From Vicugna vicugna (Eukaryota), in assembly GCA_013265495.1 (NCBI GenBank), contig MU058844.1:12918184-12982183 (forward strand): a stretch of DNA of 64,000 bases, in the 5' to 3' direction. Under the pieces are notes generated by a model. That model made no database searches. It had not been told where the DNA came from and was given only the letters and a program-made list of their open reading frames with translations. Shown piece after piece: positions 47,706 to 60,616 of this stretch. The position numbers were made by a program, and so were the translations under genes. Position 1 is the stretch's first letter; each line of letters begins with the position of its first letter.

Positions 47706-50144
47706 AGCACTCAGGATTTACAGGTTTTCTTCATGTGGTTGTGTCTGTTCCCAGCTGAATTAGATAACATGCCACAGGAAGAAAATCTTCCTGCTGTAGT
47801 TTAAGAATTTGATCTCATGAGTAAGTATGTTATTCAGCTGTAAAGCACTGATAGAGCTATACATGTTGTCAGGACATTGACATTCTTCTGAATTGTACTG
47901 TCTTCAGCCTCCCAAGTGCTACCACCCTCTCCCGCAGCCCCCATCCTACCACCCTGGTCTCCCAATCCCTCTCCCAGGACCCACTGGTTTCAGGTTAATG
48001 CCTGGTTCAGCACAGGAGTTTGGTGGGGGGCTGTGGATTTTGCCATAATGTTTTGGTGTCCACTTCAGTTGGTGAAGTATTAACCATGCCATACAGGTTG
48101 AAGTATTTTGAATGTCACTCCTTAATGCAAATATATATATATACATATATATATGATCACACCATACATACTATTTTTTTTAGTGATTTGTTTTCCTGTT
48201 TTGCTTATTTCCCCACTCTCCTACCCTCTCCTTTCACATTGTCCCCTAGACTCTAGCTCCTGTGAATCACCTACCAGGTTATCCTTCCATATTTTTCCCT
48301 ATGCTGCTTATAAAATCAAATACAAATGTGCATGCATATTCATATATGTATATTTGGATTATTTTTGACCTACTTGATTGAGATTTTTTTGGCTTCTTGT
48401 CCCACTCACCACCCAGCCAGGGAAGCCAAGGGGCTTACATGACTGGTGAGTTTGCATGGAGGAACTGCTTGTGCTTGGCTCAGCATGCCCTTTCTCTTGG
48501 GTAAGAAAAAGAAAGCAGGGTCAGTGTTACCCCTGCAGGTCCAGAACAGGAATTAGCAGGGTTCGGAACCATGACTGTCTGATTCAGAGGTGGAATACTC
48601 CCATTAGGAGTTATTTATTGGGTCACCTAAGACCCCATCCCTGCCACAGATAGCGCCAGCTTTTTACTTCTAGTGTCAAGTGAGGTTGCAGCAAAGACCA
48701 ACTGAAACCGCATGGTATCCTTACCGTCACCTCCAGTGTGCCAGCCCTCACCTGCTCACATGGCTGAACTCTCCCCGGCCTCCACTCACCCCACCGACCC
48801 AGAAGCAGGCCGACAAAGCGAAAGGGAGAGGCCGATGGTCCCACCTCCCAAACTGGAAGAAGGGCTATGAGCTGGACAGGAGACTGAGATTTTATTTAAT
48901 CAGTCAGCCCTAAAAGCAACCACTGAAATGGGCTTAAATTAAGAATCCAAGAGACCCAAGTGCTGTTACTTGGCATTATTAATTTTTTTCCAGTTCCATG
49001 GTGAACTGAGACTCTAAAAAAGCAGAGTTATTTGGAGAACCAAAAATATTCCATGTTCTTTGCCACTGAATAGAGATTCTTCCATTAAACCTACTCCACA
49101 GACAGGAAGTTGGAATCATAGACAAAAGATGGAGAGAGATCTCTCCAGTTCACAATTCCAGATCTCGCCAAGGCCCAGCAACATTCCTGCTTTTGGGCAC
49201 CAGGAGACTCCTCTGCTTAAATTAGCTCAAAGAGTCTAATATTCCTGAGAAGGAAACTAGTGATAATGCTTTAATAAAGAAAGAAAATAAAGATTAGTGG
49301 AGTGATTAGATGAAAGGACTGTTTTATTAATTTGATTAGGAAAATGGAAGAAATGGAAGGAGAAAGGGAAATGAGTCATTCCAGGATGTGGGATCAAGAT
49401 ATTAGGCCTAATCAGCATAGACTAGAAGACTACTGGGCACCATGCATATAAATAGCTTACAAAGTCTAATTGAATTTGTGTTTTAAGATGGCTGCTTTTT
49501 GTGTTGTGTTTAAGAAATCTTTACATCCTCAAAGGTTTGGACCTTTGGAATGGTAACTAAGAAATCTCAGAGAAATACTACATTTCAGTAATTCTTTCAT
49601 AAATACTAACTACAAGTATTTGAATATATATGTACATTAAAGATGTATAATAGATAATATTAAACATAAATATATTGAATATATATTAAAATTGAGCAAT
49701 CTAGTATAATCCATTCACACTCTGTGAAAACTATCTTGTAATACCATAATAAGTTATCTCTTTTTCCGATTTACAACAAACTTGCTTCAATCTACTCTCC
49801 CAACAAAATTTCCTAGAAATTCTTTAAATAGTACAGTGCACTTTTCATTAGGATCGCCTTTTTACCCACCATTCTCTCGGAAATTCCTCCAGTCAGCAGC
49901 TTCTTTGGAAATCCAGAAAGCAACCTCATGAAACTGTAGCGTGCACCAGGCTGCAAAGATTTTATAACAGCGCAGTCAGACGATTTTGTATTTGCCACAG
50001 TAAGCATCTTTAGGAGACAGCTTGGCGTGGAACAGAACAGGGGCTGCAGAGCCCCACGACCTGTGTTTGCATCCTGAATCTGCCACTCGTTGTGTGACCT
50101 TAAGCAAGTCACACTTCCCTCTTGCAGTACTCTACTTCCCTCTT

Positions 50145-50620
50145 GGTTCTTTCAGTTACCTGTTGTTGTGGAAGAACATTATCCTCAAACTTAGTAACTT
50201 TAAACAGCAAACATTTATTCTCACACAGTTTCTGCGGGTCAGGAATCTGGGCCTGGCTTAGCTGGGTGGTTCTGCTCAGCGTCTTTCATAAGGTTGCAGT
50301 GAGGATGTTGGCCAGGGCTGCAGTCATCTGAAGACTCAGTGACTGGGTCTGAAGGATCCACTTCACTCATGGACATGGCTGTTGACAGGAGACCTCAGCT
50401 CCTCACTCTGCAGAGCTGCTGCTGTGTCTGCACCCCCTGGCAGCTGGCTTCCCCCAGAGGGAGTGACTCCAGAGAGCAAGGAGAAAGTGCAATGCCTTTT
50501 ATGTGATACTACCACTTCTGCTGAATTCTGTTCATTAGAAGTGAGTCACTGAGCCAGCTTATGTTCACAGGAGGGGAATTAGGCTCCACCCTTTGGAGAG
50601 AGGAATGTCAAAGAGTCTTG
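50145..50620 (-). mobile_element. MLT1 solo LTR
   Basis: cttagtaactttaaacagcaaacatttattctcacacagtttctgcgggtcaggaatctggg...ttagctgggtggttctg. Confidence 0.8.
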
Positions 50621-50749
50621 AATTTAAGGTTTTCACATCAGGAAAACAGAAATAATGATCATTGATCTTACTGCACCCTTGAAATTGCATCCTTTGATTC
50701 TTTTGAAAGAATCAAAAGTAAACATCTAGAACAATGCTGGCCTCAAAGT

Positions 50750-51175
50750 ATATATTCATTTATTTAGTATTTATTGAATACCTACTACTGAGCTGTGTTC
50801 TCAGCACATGAGCACATGAGCAAAACCCAGTCCCTGCCCTCAGGAACTCACAGTTTAATGAGAAGATAGACATTAATCACATAATACATGAATAAGTATA
50901 AAATCTCTACTTCATGTGTGCAGTGCAACGTAGAGGGCTTGGAACTAGTTAGGAAAGGCTTCTCTGGGAAAGTGACGTCAAAGCTGACCTAAGGATGAGT
51001 AAGAGTTGACTAGGTACTGAAGAAAAAGAAGAGGATTCTAGGTAGAAAGGATGACAGGGGTATGATTAGCGGGTGAAAGCATGGAGAGGACAAGGCACTT
51101 GATGAGGCTGGTGTGGCCAGGGCAGGGGAAGCTCTGTGTGCCAAGACAGGAGAGGTAACAGGGAGCCAGCCTCTG
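50750..51175 (-). mobile_element. L2 3' region
   Basis: tttattgaatacctactac...tccctgccctcaggaactcacagttta...ggaaaggcttctctgggaaagtgac. Confidence 0.65.
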
Positions 51176-51239
51176 CTCTGCGTATCTGTGTGTGATAAAG
51201 GAGAGGGGAAAAACATTTTATACACTTTTATGAGATCAG

Positions 51240-51447
51240 TGATTGCCAGGAAGTAAAGTTGAGTGTAGGAGTTGATTACAAAGGGGCATAAAGGAACTTT
51301 TTGGGATGATGGGTTGTTCTGTATCTCAATTGTAGCAGTGGTTGCAAAAGTATACATGTTTGTTGGAATTCACAGAACTGTAGACTCTTGAAGAGGGTAG
51401 ATTTTACTGTGTGTAAATTATACCTCATTATATCTGAGTTCTTAAAA
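51240..51447 (+). mobile_element. Old L1M 3' end
   Basis: aaggggcataaaggaactttttgggatgatggg...attttactgtgtgtaaattatacctca. Confidence 0.75.
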
Positions 51448-51540
51448 ATATACTCCTTTGCAAGCACTTTCATAGAGGTTATACCATAACATCATGAATT
51501 TTCCTATCATATGTGTTTTGGATTTCTTCCAAATAGTATT

Positions 51541-51824
51541 TTTTAATATATTTTTTAACTGAAGTATAGTCAGTTTATACTGTTGTATCAATTTCTGGTG
51601 TACAGCACAATACTTCAGTCATATAGGAACATACATATATTCGTTTTCATACTTTTTTTTACCATAGGTTACTACAAGATATTGAATATAGTTCCCTGTG
51701 CTATGCACTATAAACTTGTTTATCTATTTTATGTATATTAGTTTGTATCTGCAAATCCAAAACTCTCGATTTATCCCTTCCTACACACCTTTCCCCTGAC
51801 AACCATTTGTTTTCTATGTCTGTG
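51541..51824 (-). mobile_element. Young L1 3' end with target-site duplication
   Basis: Same subfamily as 16341-16636; TSD ccaaatagtatt (51529-51540) / ccaaatactatt (51825-51836). Confidence 0.88.
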
Positions 51825-51927
51825 CCAAATACTATTAGTTTCTGCAGTATCAACAGAAGGCTGTCACAGTGGTGTATATTCTGCCTTGTGGGGCGGTACC
51901 TAAAACCCTGAAGTCAGTGAGAGTGAG

Positions 51928-51969
51928 GTGTGTGTGTGTGTGTGTGTGTGTGCATGTGCGTGTGTGTGT
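51928..51969 (+). repeat. (GT)n microsatellite, interrupted
   Basis: Alternating purine-pyrimidine tract. Confidence 0.9.
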
Positions 51970-52139
51970 TTTGGTGAGGGGACTGAGCACATATCAAAGT
52001 AAACTAAATATAGTACACTTTTTTGGCATTAAATTAACATGTTTTCATAACTATGTAAAGCATGAAGGGAGGACAATTTTCAAAGGTAGTAAGTCAAGTT
52101 ATTTTAACGTAAATGCTGATGTTTTGTTTGCTCCATTTT

Positions 52140-52179
52140 GTTTGTTATTGAGTTATAGTCAGTTTACAGTGTTGTGTCA
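52140..52179 (-). mobile_element. 40-nt L1 3' tip with 16-bp TSD
   Basis: attgagttatagtcagtttacagtgttgtgtca, flanked by ttgtttgctc(c/t)atttt at 52124-52139 and 52180-52195. Confidence 0.8.
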
Positions 52180-52499
52180 TTGTTTGCTCTATTTTTATTC
52201 TGAAAAGATGTTGCTATATGAACACAGTTCTAAGATCAACAATGATGCTGAACAGTGGAATTTAAGAGACTGTTCTTTTGTTACAAAACCAATAACAGAT
52301 ATGAAGCAAAGCAGATTTTCCTAGCTCAGAAGCTGTTATAGTGTCTATGATATTATTCTTAGGCAAGACACTAAGACCATTAAGCTTTTGTGAAATTTAA
52401 GATTCGAGAATAACACTGGGTTCAGTGCAGCGCTGGACTTCCCTTTCAACAGCTGAGCTCTTGAGATTTCCAACATAAGATGTTGTTAATGAAAATGGA

Positions 52500-52910
52500 A
52501 TGGATAGTATTCCATTGTGTAAAATACACCACAATTGATTTATTCATTACAAAGCAATGGGAAGAAACAGCCTACAACCACACATGAAACTGTGGATGAA
52601 TTACAAACAAAAGAAGGCAGGTACAAAAATGGATCCTGTATGATCCCATTTATATAAAGTACAAAAGCTAGGAAAACCAGTCAGTACTGTTACAAGTCAG
52701 TACAGCAATCCCCTTGCACAGGGGTTGGGGGAGCAGGCAACTGAAAGAGAGCATGATATAGATTTCTTACGATGGGTAACATTCTGTTTCTTGATCCAAG
52801 AGCTGGTTACACAGTTCAGTGTGCTAGTCACTGAGCTGTACATTTATGATATGTGCAGTTTTATATGTTATGTTTTACTTCAATAAAAAGATTTTTTAAT
52901 AAGAAAGAAA
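52500..52910 (+). mobile_element. Old L1M 3' end with an inverted 5' segment
   Basis: 52500-52548 antisense, 52549-52910 sense, ending cttcaataaaaag. Confidence 0.65.
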
Positions 52911-53898
52911 TATATGGAACAGCTATAGGAGACATGTACCCTAAAACAGAAAATTAGAACATTAGACCACACTTACCATGTTCATAGATTGGTCTGATAG
53001 AAGACTGCTATACACGTGCCCACAGAACCATCCTCCTGTCTGAGAAGACCCCCCTCTTTGAGCAGGTGGTTTCAGGAGGTGACACTTAGATAAGGGCTAA
53101 GGAGCAAAGGAACACCAAATCAAGCCTAGGAGTCAGTGAGGTGACACATAGCACAGTCACGCTCACGTTCTCATTACAGGGTTTGAGACGTTGCATAATA
53201 AATCCAGTTAAAACTTAGAAAATGACCCAGACCTTAATGCACGACAATTTGGGCACAGCATTTCTGTAGGGCTTGGAGTTTGGAAAATCCATTATCTGTT
53301 GTTTCTCATTATTTCATTATTTATAAGCAGATTTATCAAACACAGTTTTATTCAAGTGCATTTTCCAAAAGCTGTGAGGGATAAAAGGAGACATAAGACA
53401 CAGTCATATGATTTAATAAGGACATACTCCAACCATGAAAAGAGAAACTAAAAATACATAGCCATGTAGAAGAGTTGAAGGTGGGGAGCACTGAGTAAAT
53501 GTGGCTATTGGCATGCCAGGTAAACTTTACGATGTTCAGTGAAGGACAGGGAAAGCTTATTAAAAGAGACAGAACTTGAGTTGGAATTTAAAGGAATAAA
53601 GTAGACCTGGAAATGTAAGGAGAAATTTTAGGAGAGAGATTGATAATGTAAACAAAGCTGGCAAGGGATCAAAACACAAAGCGGATTTAATTGAGATTCC
53701 TTGTGTTGTGGCTCAGTCTCTGAGAAGACATTCAAAGAAGGAACCCAGCACTAAAAGTCATTCATATCTTCACTGGAATCTTGCAGAGGCTATCTACGGG
53801 GGTTCATCCACTTGGTAATCCATAGCATCACTTCTTAAAATAAGCCTTTCTATGTTCCTTGATGTCTCATCCCTCTCATGTTGTAGCTGTAACTAGAC

Positions 53899-54090
53899 TA
53901 AAGTTTGGCAGACTTTTTCTGTAAAGGACTAGAAAATCTTTGTCACAACTACTCAACTCTGTAGTTGTTGCACAAAAGCAGCCATAAACAATATGCAAAT
54001 GATGGATGTGTTCTAATAAAACTTTGTTATAATAAAGTGACAGGTGACAGGCTGGATTTGGCCCACAGGTCATACCTTGCCTTACCCCTA
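53899..54090 (+). mobile_element. MER58A-like hAT-Charlie element with 8-bp TSD
   Basis: ggcagactttttctgtaaagg...caactactcaactctg...ggctggatttggcccacagg; TSD aactagac / aacaagac. Confidence 0.85.
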
Positions 54091-54844
54091 AACAAGACTC
54101 ACCCGATACCCCACAAAGGTGACTCCTCCCCATAACCTGTGTCCTTTTCATTTTTCTCCCTCCTTCTACCTTTTTGATTCTTTTCTCTACAATTAAATTT
54201 TATTCCTTATGATGCCAGTTCTTGTTCTGTGATGAGACTCACAGAACAATGGGTAGAGAGAGCAGGAATCCCAGACATCCTGGGGAACTATGGACTGTTT
54301 CTAACCAGGGAGAGTGAGTCAATCCAAGTGATATTTTAAGAAAATTAATCTGGCAGCACTGTGTAGGATGGATTGTCGTGAGTATAACAGAAAGCAAAGA
54401 GACCAATTAGGAGGTTATTGCAAAGAATTTATGCAATAGATGTGAAGTCTAAACCAGAATGTCAGCTAGGAATGGTAAGAATGGAAGGATGTGGGACAAA
54501 GTGTGATTCAGAGATTAACTGGGATTGACAACTGATTAGACGCAGAAGAATGCAGAGGAAGGAGTCAAAGAGAAGTTAAAAATTACTAAGATACAGAGGC
54601 TAAGTAGGAAAATACTTGCATTGTTTTTGTCTACTTTTTGAGTTCTCCTTGTCCCATAAATGTCAGTGTTCCTCAGATTTCTTTCCTTAGCTGTTCCTTT
54701 TCTTCCCTTCTCTACTCTTCCCCTCCTACCTCATAAAATTTTCCTGACATGATTCAAATTTACAGCTTTGACTATGATTCCTTAGCTGATACATTATCTG
54801 TAGCCTGAATGTCCTTGGTGAGATGCTGACTCCCTACTTGATGA

Positions 54845-55316
54845 CTCACAGACCCTCAACTCAGGCTCTGGTTGAGGTTGGCTTTCCCCTACTTTCAAGC
54901 CAGTAAATTGGCCTATTACTGTTTCATGGATGCAGGCAAAAGCAGTTAAGCTCTTGGTATAGAGACAAAAGTCTTTACTCTTCACAACACAGCAAGCAGC
55001 ATAAGCTGCAGCATGTTGATGTCAGTTGCCCTGAGCACCCCAAGTCCCACTGGGGTGATGTGGAGGGTCAGATAGATGCTTGCACACCCAGTGGATTGCG
55101 CCTCTGGAAAGGGACACTGAGTTTGAAGAACCTGCGTCGTATTGCAAGCAGTGAGCAAGCCTGCTCTTTGTCCTGGAAAGAGTCCCTCAGTGTTACTCAG
55201 GGCAAAAACAAACTCAAGAAACAGCTCAGGTAAAGAGCAGTCATTGCCTTGCATTCTTAGCATACTCAGCAAAGCGTGCTGGGGTACAAGAGACCTCATG
55301 GAAGATTGTTCCAAAA
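54845..55316 (-). mobile_element. ERVL solo LTR (LTR40-like)
   Basis: Reverse complement contains ccatgaggtctct...gtgggacttgggg...atgctgcttgctgtg...tttgtctct...gcatccatgaaac, matching the recalled LTR40 consensus. Confidence 0.7.
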
Positions 55317-55481
55317 GTCCGCGTTTCCAGGACGGAATTCACCAACTTCTTCCTTAAGACCTGCTCTTCTGTTTCCGGTCTTGGTGAAGGGCTCCATCTT
55401 CTGCCGCAGTCACTCAAAGCAAAAAGTGGCAGCTATCCAGGCTTCACTGTATTTCCTACTCCCCTCATCCAAATTAACCAC

Positions 55482-55892
55482 TGAATTATCTTCCTGTGGC
55501 TGCTGTAACAGAGTGTAAACTGGGTGGCTTGGAACAACAGAAATTTATTTTCTCACAGTTTGGAGGTCAGAAGAATGAAATCAAGGTATTGGCAGGGCTG
55601 TGCTCCCTCCAAAAATTCTAGGGGTGAATTTGTCCTTTGTGTCTTTCAGCTTCCCTGGTTTGTGGCCACGTTACTTCAGTCTCTGCCACCAGAGTCACAA
55701 TCGCCTCCTCCTCCTCTTCTGTCAAATATCCTTCTGCCTCACTCATACAAGGACTTTTGTCATTGGATTTGGAGCCCATCTGGATAATCCAGGATAAATG
55801 CCTCCTTGCAAATCCTTAATCACATAGTTTGCCATATAAGATAATATTCTGGGCATTAGGATGTGGATGTACCTCTCTGACTCAGTCCATAC
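55482..55892 (-). mobile_element. MLT1A-C type solo LTR
   Basis: gctgctgtaaca...aaactgggtggctt...caacagaaatttattttctcacagtttggagg...ggataatccaggataa. Confidence 0.85.
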
Positions 55893-57034
55893 GTCACCAA
55901 GTTCTCTAAAGGTTCTAGCATGGTCATTTTTACATAATGAGTCAAATTGAATTTGGGAGTTATCCGCATAGAAGTGATGGCTAAAGATGTGAACACGGAG
56001 CTAATGAACACTTACTCCAGATTCAAACCCAGTATAACTCCAAAGTTCGTGCTTTTAATCACCCGGTGCTGTCACCTTCTTGCCCTTTTTAAGTGTTAAT
56101 ATTGTCAAAAGTTCAGAAGTTAACAGCTACAAAAAGGAAGCATGGGCTCAAGTCATACCAATAGCCCCTCAATCCTTGAGTTGGCAAGGGTTCCATGGGC
56201 ATAAGAAGCCCTTTGCACCACCACCACCACCACCTCTGAAAGATTCCCTACTGAAAGGTCAGTGTGGTGCATGGATGCCCTGCAACTGAGTAACCAGGAA
56301 GCTGAGTTCCCATTCTCACCAGTTCCCTGGGATTTGCAGGTCAGTGCTCAGAGTTTCGATCTGGGAAGTAAAAATGACCCTGATAATCATCTGCCTACTC
56401 AATGACTCCTCCGATGGGGAATTGGTGCAGTCTAGCGAGAATCAGCCCTGATGAGGGGCATTCATAATCAGCTTCTCATTTTAGGAGACTCTCTGCCCTG
56501 CAGGCCTAATGAGAACATGGGAGCATAAATCCTTAAGACTTATGAAGCACTTTAAATTTTGTAAGCACTTAGCTAAAATTAATTATCCAATTAATCTCCA
56601 AGGATGATAACCAAATGATTCCTTCTAAAAATTATCATTATTTATCAACAGATTAGAAAGCTAAAAGCTGATGGGGATATTTTGCATGAGTTTCCAGAGG
56701 AGAAATTGGAGTCATTGAGAGACCAAATTCCAGCCCCGTCAGGTCTTGACAAAAAAGCAACAGAACCCAAATACGTGGAGGTGGGACACTGGAATCTGCC
56801 CCATCCCACTGTATGGGAGTAACTGGAGGCTTCTGTTCCTCTGTCAGCCATACTAGGATTCTGCCCCTGCTGCTCTTGCTGAGCTGAGAAGGTGTTGAAG
56901 TCTTCATGAAAATGAAAACATTTTATTCTGGGAATGTTGATTGACTTGTATATTAATTTAAAATGAATTTTAATTAAACAAGAATGCTTTTAAGTCAGGG
57001 ACCCCTTAACTATGATTTTTTATATTACTGGCTT

Positions 57035-57265
57035 TGTTGATACGTTGAGAGCAAAGAATTGAAGTCAGGTGGCAGGATTTGAATCTCACTTACTACCTGG
57101 GTGACTCTGGGCAAGTTACATGCATCAGCTTCCTTTTCCATAACATGGCATCGTGATAGTACCTGCCAAATAGTCTCATTCTGAGGACTGAATGGGTCAG
57201 TACAGGCAAAAGCATTTAGCCTGGTTCCAGGTACATGGTAGGTACCCAATTAATGATTGTAGCTA
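57035..57265 (+). mobile_element. MIR
   Basis: cacttactacctgggtgactctgggcaagttac...gcatttagcctggttccaggtacatggtagg. Confidence 0.7.
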
Positions 57266-58639
57266 CATGGCTAGTTAAGGACTTGGGATTTTATCACAAC
57301 AAAAAGAGGACATGAGTGCGTTCCCCGCAATTCTGTCTCCACACCCTTTAACTATATGAATACTGACTGAGTGTCCAGCAGACTCACAGCCCCCTCACAT
57401 CCTTCTTCCTTTTCCCTGATTCCTCTGTGACTGTCTTTTCCCATCTCTCTGTCTTTCTGTTACTTCTCCCTCTCTTCTCCCTGCCTCCCCTTTTCTTTTC
57501 ATCCCCTCTTCCTGTTTCCTCACTGTCCAAGACAGTGAAGGATCTCACAGTTGGCTGGGTGTGCTTGTGGGAAGAATTTAGTCTCATGAAGTATCAGAGA
57601 AAAACAACCTGCCCTGTAAAGATTTCTGAATCTACTCCCTCACTGAACAGACTTTGTGTCTGTGCCTCTACCCGACTTTTTATATCTGTCTCTCTGTGCC
57701 TCTCTCCTTGTCTTTGTCTGCTTGTGTTTCTTTCTCTCTGTGTCTGTCATTGTCTTTTGCTGTGTGTGTGGGGGGGGTTCCCTTCACCTGTGTGGGTCCC
57801 CGCAGCTGGGGGAGGTGAGCTCCCTGGGCCCTCTGAAGACCTGCTGGTTGGGAAGAAGACCTTGTGCCTCCTTCTGCACTGGGACATGATTGAGAGAACT
57901 GTTTTCTCCAATGAGAGTGACTATCAGTAGGACCTGGCAGGCAGTTCTGGAACTCAAGGGAGTCAGGTGCCTCTAGGTAGCCCCTGAGTAACAGGACTTT
58001 AAGCAGTGTGTCTATGAACAGGTGTCTAAGTGGAGCAGAGATGATGATTCTAATCAAGACAACTTACATGAAAGTTAACTGGGCACATATTTAATGATGC
58101 ACATAATTATGATTGTGCTGCATGGTAATTAGCATAAATGGTAAGGGGCTCACGCAAATGACTGTAATTAGTATTACTTTTTCACAGCTAAGCCAAATTT
58201 CATTTCCCCTTTCTACATTGCTAATTCGCCAGCATCTGTAATCAATGTCAGTGTTGATAATTTCTTGATGTCACGTACTGTTTACTCATCACATCCCATG
58301 AACATACTTAGATCTAGACACACAGATGCATATGGATACACACGCAACACACACACACAACCTGGACTCAGCTCTCTAAAATGAGAATTCCCTTGTCCCT
58401 AGTTCACTTACCCACTTATGCAGGGCAGAGGTTCACTCTGTCCCACCTGTGAATCCCCACCCCGTTCCCCTCCTTCTTGGATCCTTGAGATCTTTAGAGA
58501 GGTTTGACCACTGGCTGCAGTGGACTATGAGTTCCCTTCTAATCCCTAAAGTTCTATATTAAAAATAGTAATGGGAAGTTGAAAACATAAATGCATACGT
58601 TTTAGTACTGTCGTAATTATCACCATCTTTATCATCACA

Positions 58640-58850
58640 AAAACTTATAATTATTGAATTTTAATATATTCCACATACGGTGATGTGCTTTTCTTATGCA
58701 CAATCCCTTTAAATTTTGAAGTAGATGTTCTTTATTTCCTAAATGAGAAAACTGGGGCCTATGGAGGTTTAAGTATTTGCCCAAGGTCATAGAGCAAGTC
58801 AATGGGAAGCCGGGATGCAAATTCTGGGGATTTTGACTTTAAATTCATGG
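58640..58850 (-). mobile_element. MIR
   Basis: aaatgagaaaactggggc...ggtttaagtatttgcccaaggtcatagagc...gccgggatgcaaa. Confidence 0.75.
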
Positions 58851-60508
58851 TGTGCAGTCTATTTGTTCTAGCAAAATGTAAATGGTAAGAACAGATATTT
58901 CCTTCCTCTAAGTCTTTGATTTTTTTTCACCAGTAACTTTATTCATAGGGCAGAGCTGTCTTATTTTTATAGGAAAGAAGGGGCAGTTGGCACTGGATAC
59001 TTGAAAGGGGTTTTGTTGCCAAAGAGGGGAGAGAGAAAAAAAAATGAAGAGGCTCAGAGCACAGCCAGTGTTGGGATGTTTATTAAAACCAGACTTGTTC
59101 ATCTTCCCTAAGTGATCATGGTGATCATCTAAAAAGTTAGGAGTCCAGAAGAAGAAATCTCAGCATTAGGGCTGTGTCTAGCCTTTCAGCAGTTCCAGTT
59201 GGGGGCTGCTCTCGGAAGAGGCTTTTGCCTCCACTGGTTTGCTCTTCTCATTCATTAGGTGAAAAGTTCTCTGAGTGGTCCCCCTAAGCAGTGTCCTCTA
59301 AAGGCAAAATGGAGCAATTCACTCCGATGAAGGAAAAGGAGGATTTCGTGGACACAAATGGAGGGCAGGACTGGGGGCTCCCCTGCTCACTGTGATGCAT
59401 TCGTGGGACAGGTCTGGGCTACTCCCCCTTTCAAGAGCTGCCCCTCCCCCTGCTCTAGCCTTTGGATGGACTTGGGAGCAGCCTGTTCATTCTTGACTCT
59501 GCCTCCTTGACTACAGTGAGTAGTCCAGGCATAGGCACATCTTCCAAGTCAGATCATCAAAATCTTTCCCTGCATGCGGGGAAAGGGCCTCCTCTGTGGT
59601 CTGAAGATTGTAAGGTGTGCAAGACCCTGAAGAACTGAAAAGTTCCCTCTGTGGCCCTCCACATCCTTGTCAACTGTAGCTTGTACCCCTGCTTGCCGGT
59701 GATCTCAGCCCCTTGCTGTTTCTCCCACTCCTCTTGGTAAAATCCAAACAATGGCTGCTAATTAGTCAGAATAATTCTTCCCTTTTCTGACAACCATTTC
59801 TGAGCAAACATTCTTGAAGCTAGCTGAACTTCAGCTGACCCTGCCTGCTGAAGCCCTATAAAAAATTCCACCCTCCTTCCCAAGTTAGAACGCTCCTTCT
59901 CTTGCCGACAGTTTTGAAAAAAAAAGACTTATGCTAATGGCGCTCTTGTTTTTTTCCACAAAGAAAATGAGTAAGAGATGCTGAGATGCTAGCAGCCAGT
60001 CCACATCTTGTGGAGAAGCCAGCCTAAGAGAATGAAATTAACATAGGAACAGGTGAGAAGATAAGTGCTGGGAAGAGAGAGAGGGAGACAGAAAGATGGA
60101 GGCAGAGACAAACAGAGAGATACCCAGTGGTGTTCAGTTTTCCATCCTGTTTCTCTAAGGTCAGCACAACATCTGTTATCACCATTTTTTCTTATGTAAG
60201 TGAACTAGTTAAAAATGTAGGGTCAGAAAACAAAACTGGAAAAAAAAAGGACAATCACAGCAGTCCTCAAGTTTGGCTGTGGTAATGTATGTTTTTTATA
60301 ACTCTACACTGAAATAAAATCAAACCTAGAGCCTCTACGTCCAGGAATGGGGGTAAACATTATTTTTCTCTTTTAAGTAGCTCATTCAACTAGACTATTC
60401 TGGGTAAATTCTCCACCAGAAACTCAGGGTTCTCCCCTCACTCCTTAGTTTAGCCCCACTTTGTTGGAGAATCGAGTTGCTAAAAGATCATTTTTTAAAA
60501 TTGTGACT

Positions 60509-60616
60509 TTCAGTTGCTTTGCTGTACACCTGAAACTAACATTGTAAATCAGCTACACTTCAATTAAAAATAACAATAAAAATAAATAAATAAGAAAATA
60601 AAAAATCCCAAGGGAA
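60509..60616 (+). mobile_element. Short L1 3' tip with A-rich tail and 12-bp TSD
   Basis: ctttgctgtacacctgaaactaacattgtaaatcagctacacttcaatt; TSD aaaattgtgact at 60497-60508 and 60617-60628. Confidence 0.85.

Noticed and set aside
57427..57930. 167-aa hydrophobic ORF
   Set aside because: Arises from CT/GT low-complexity sequence that lacks stops; non-ATG start; no domain
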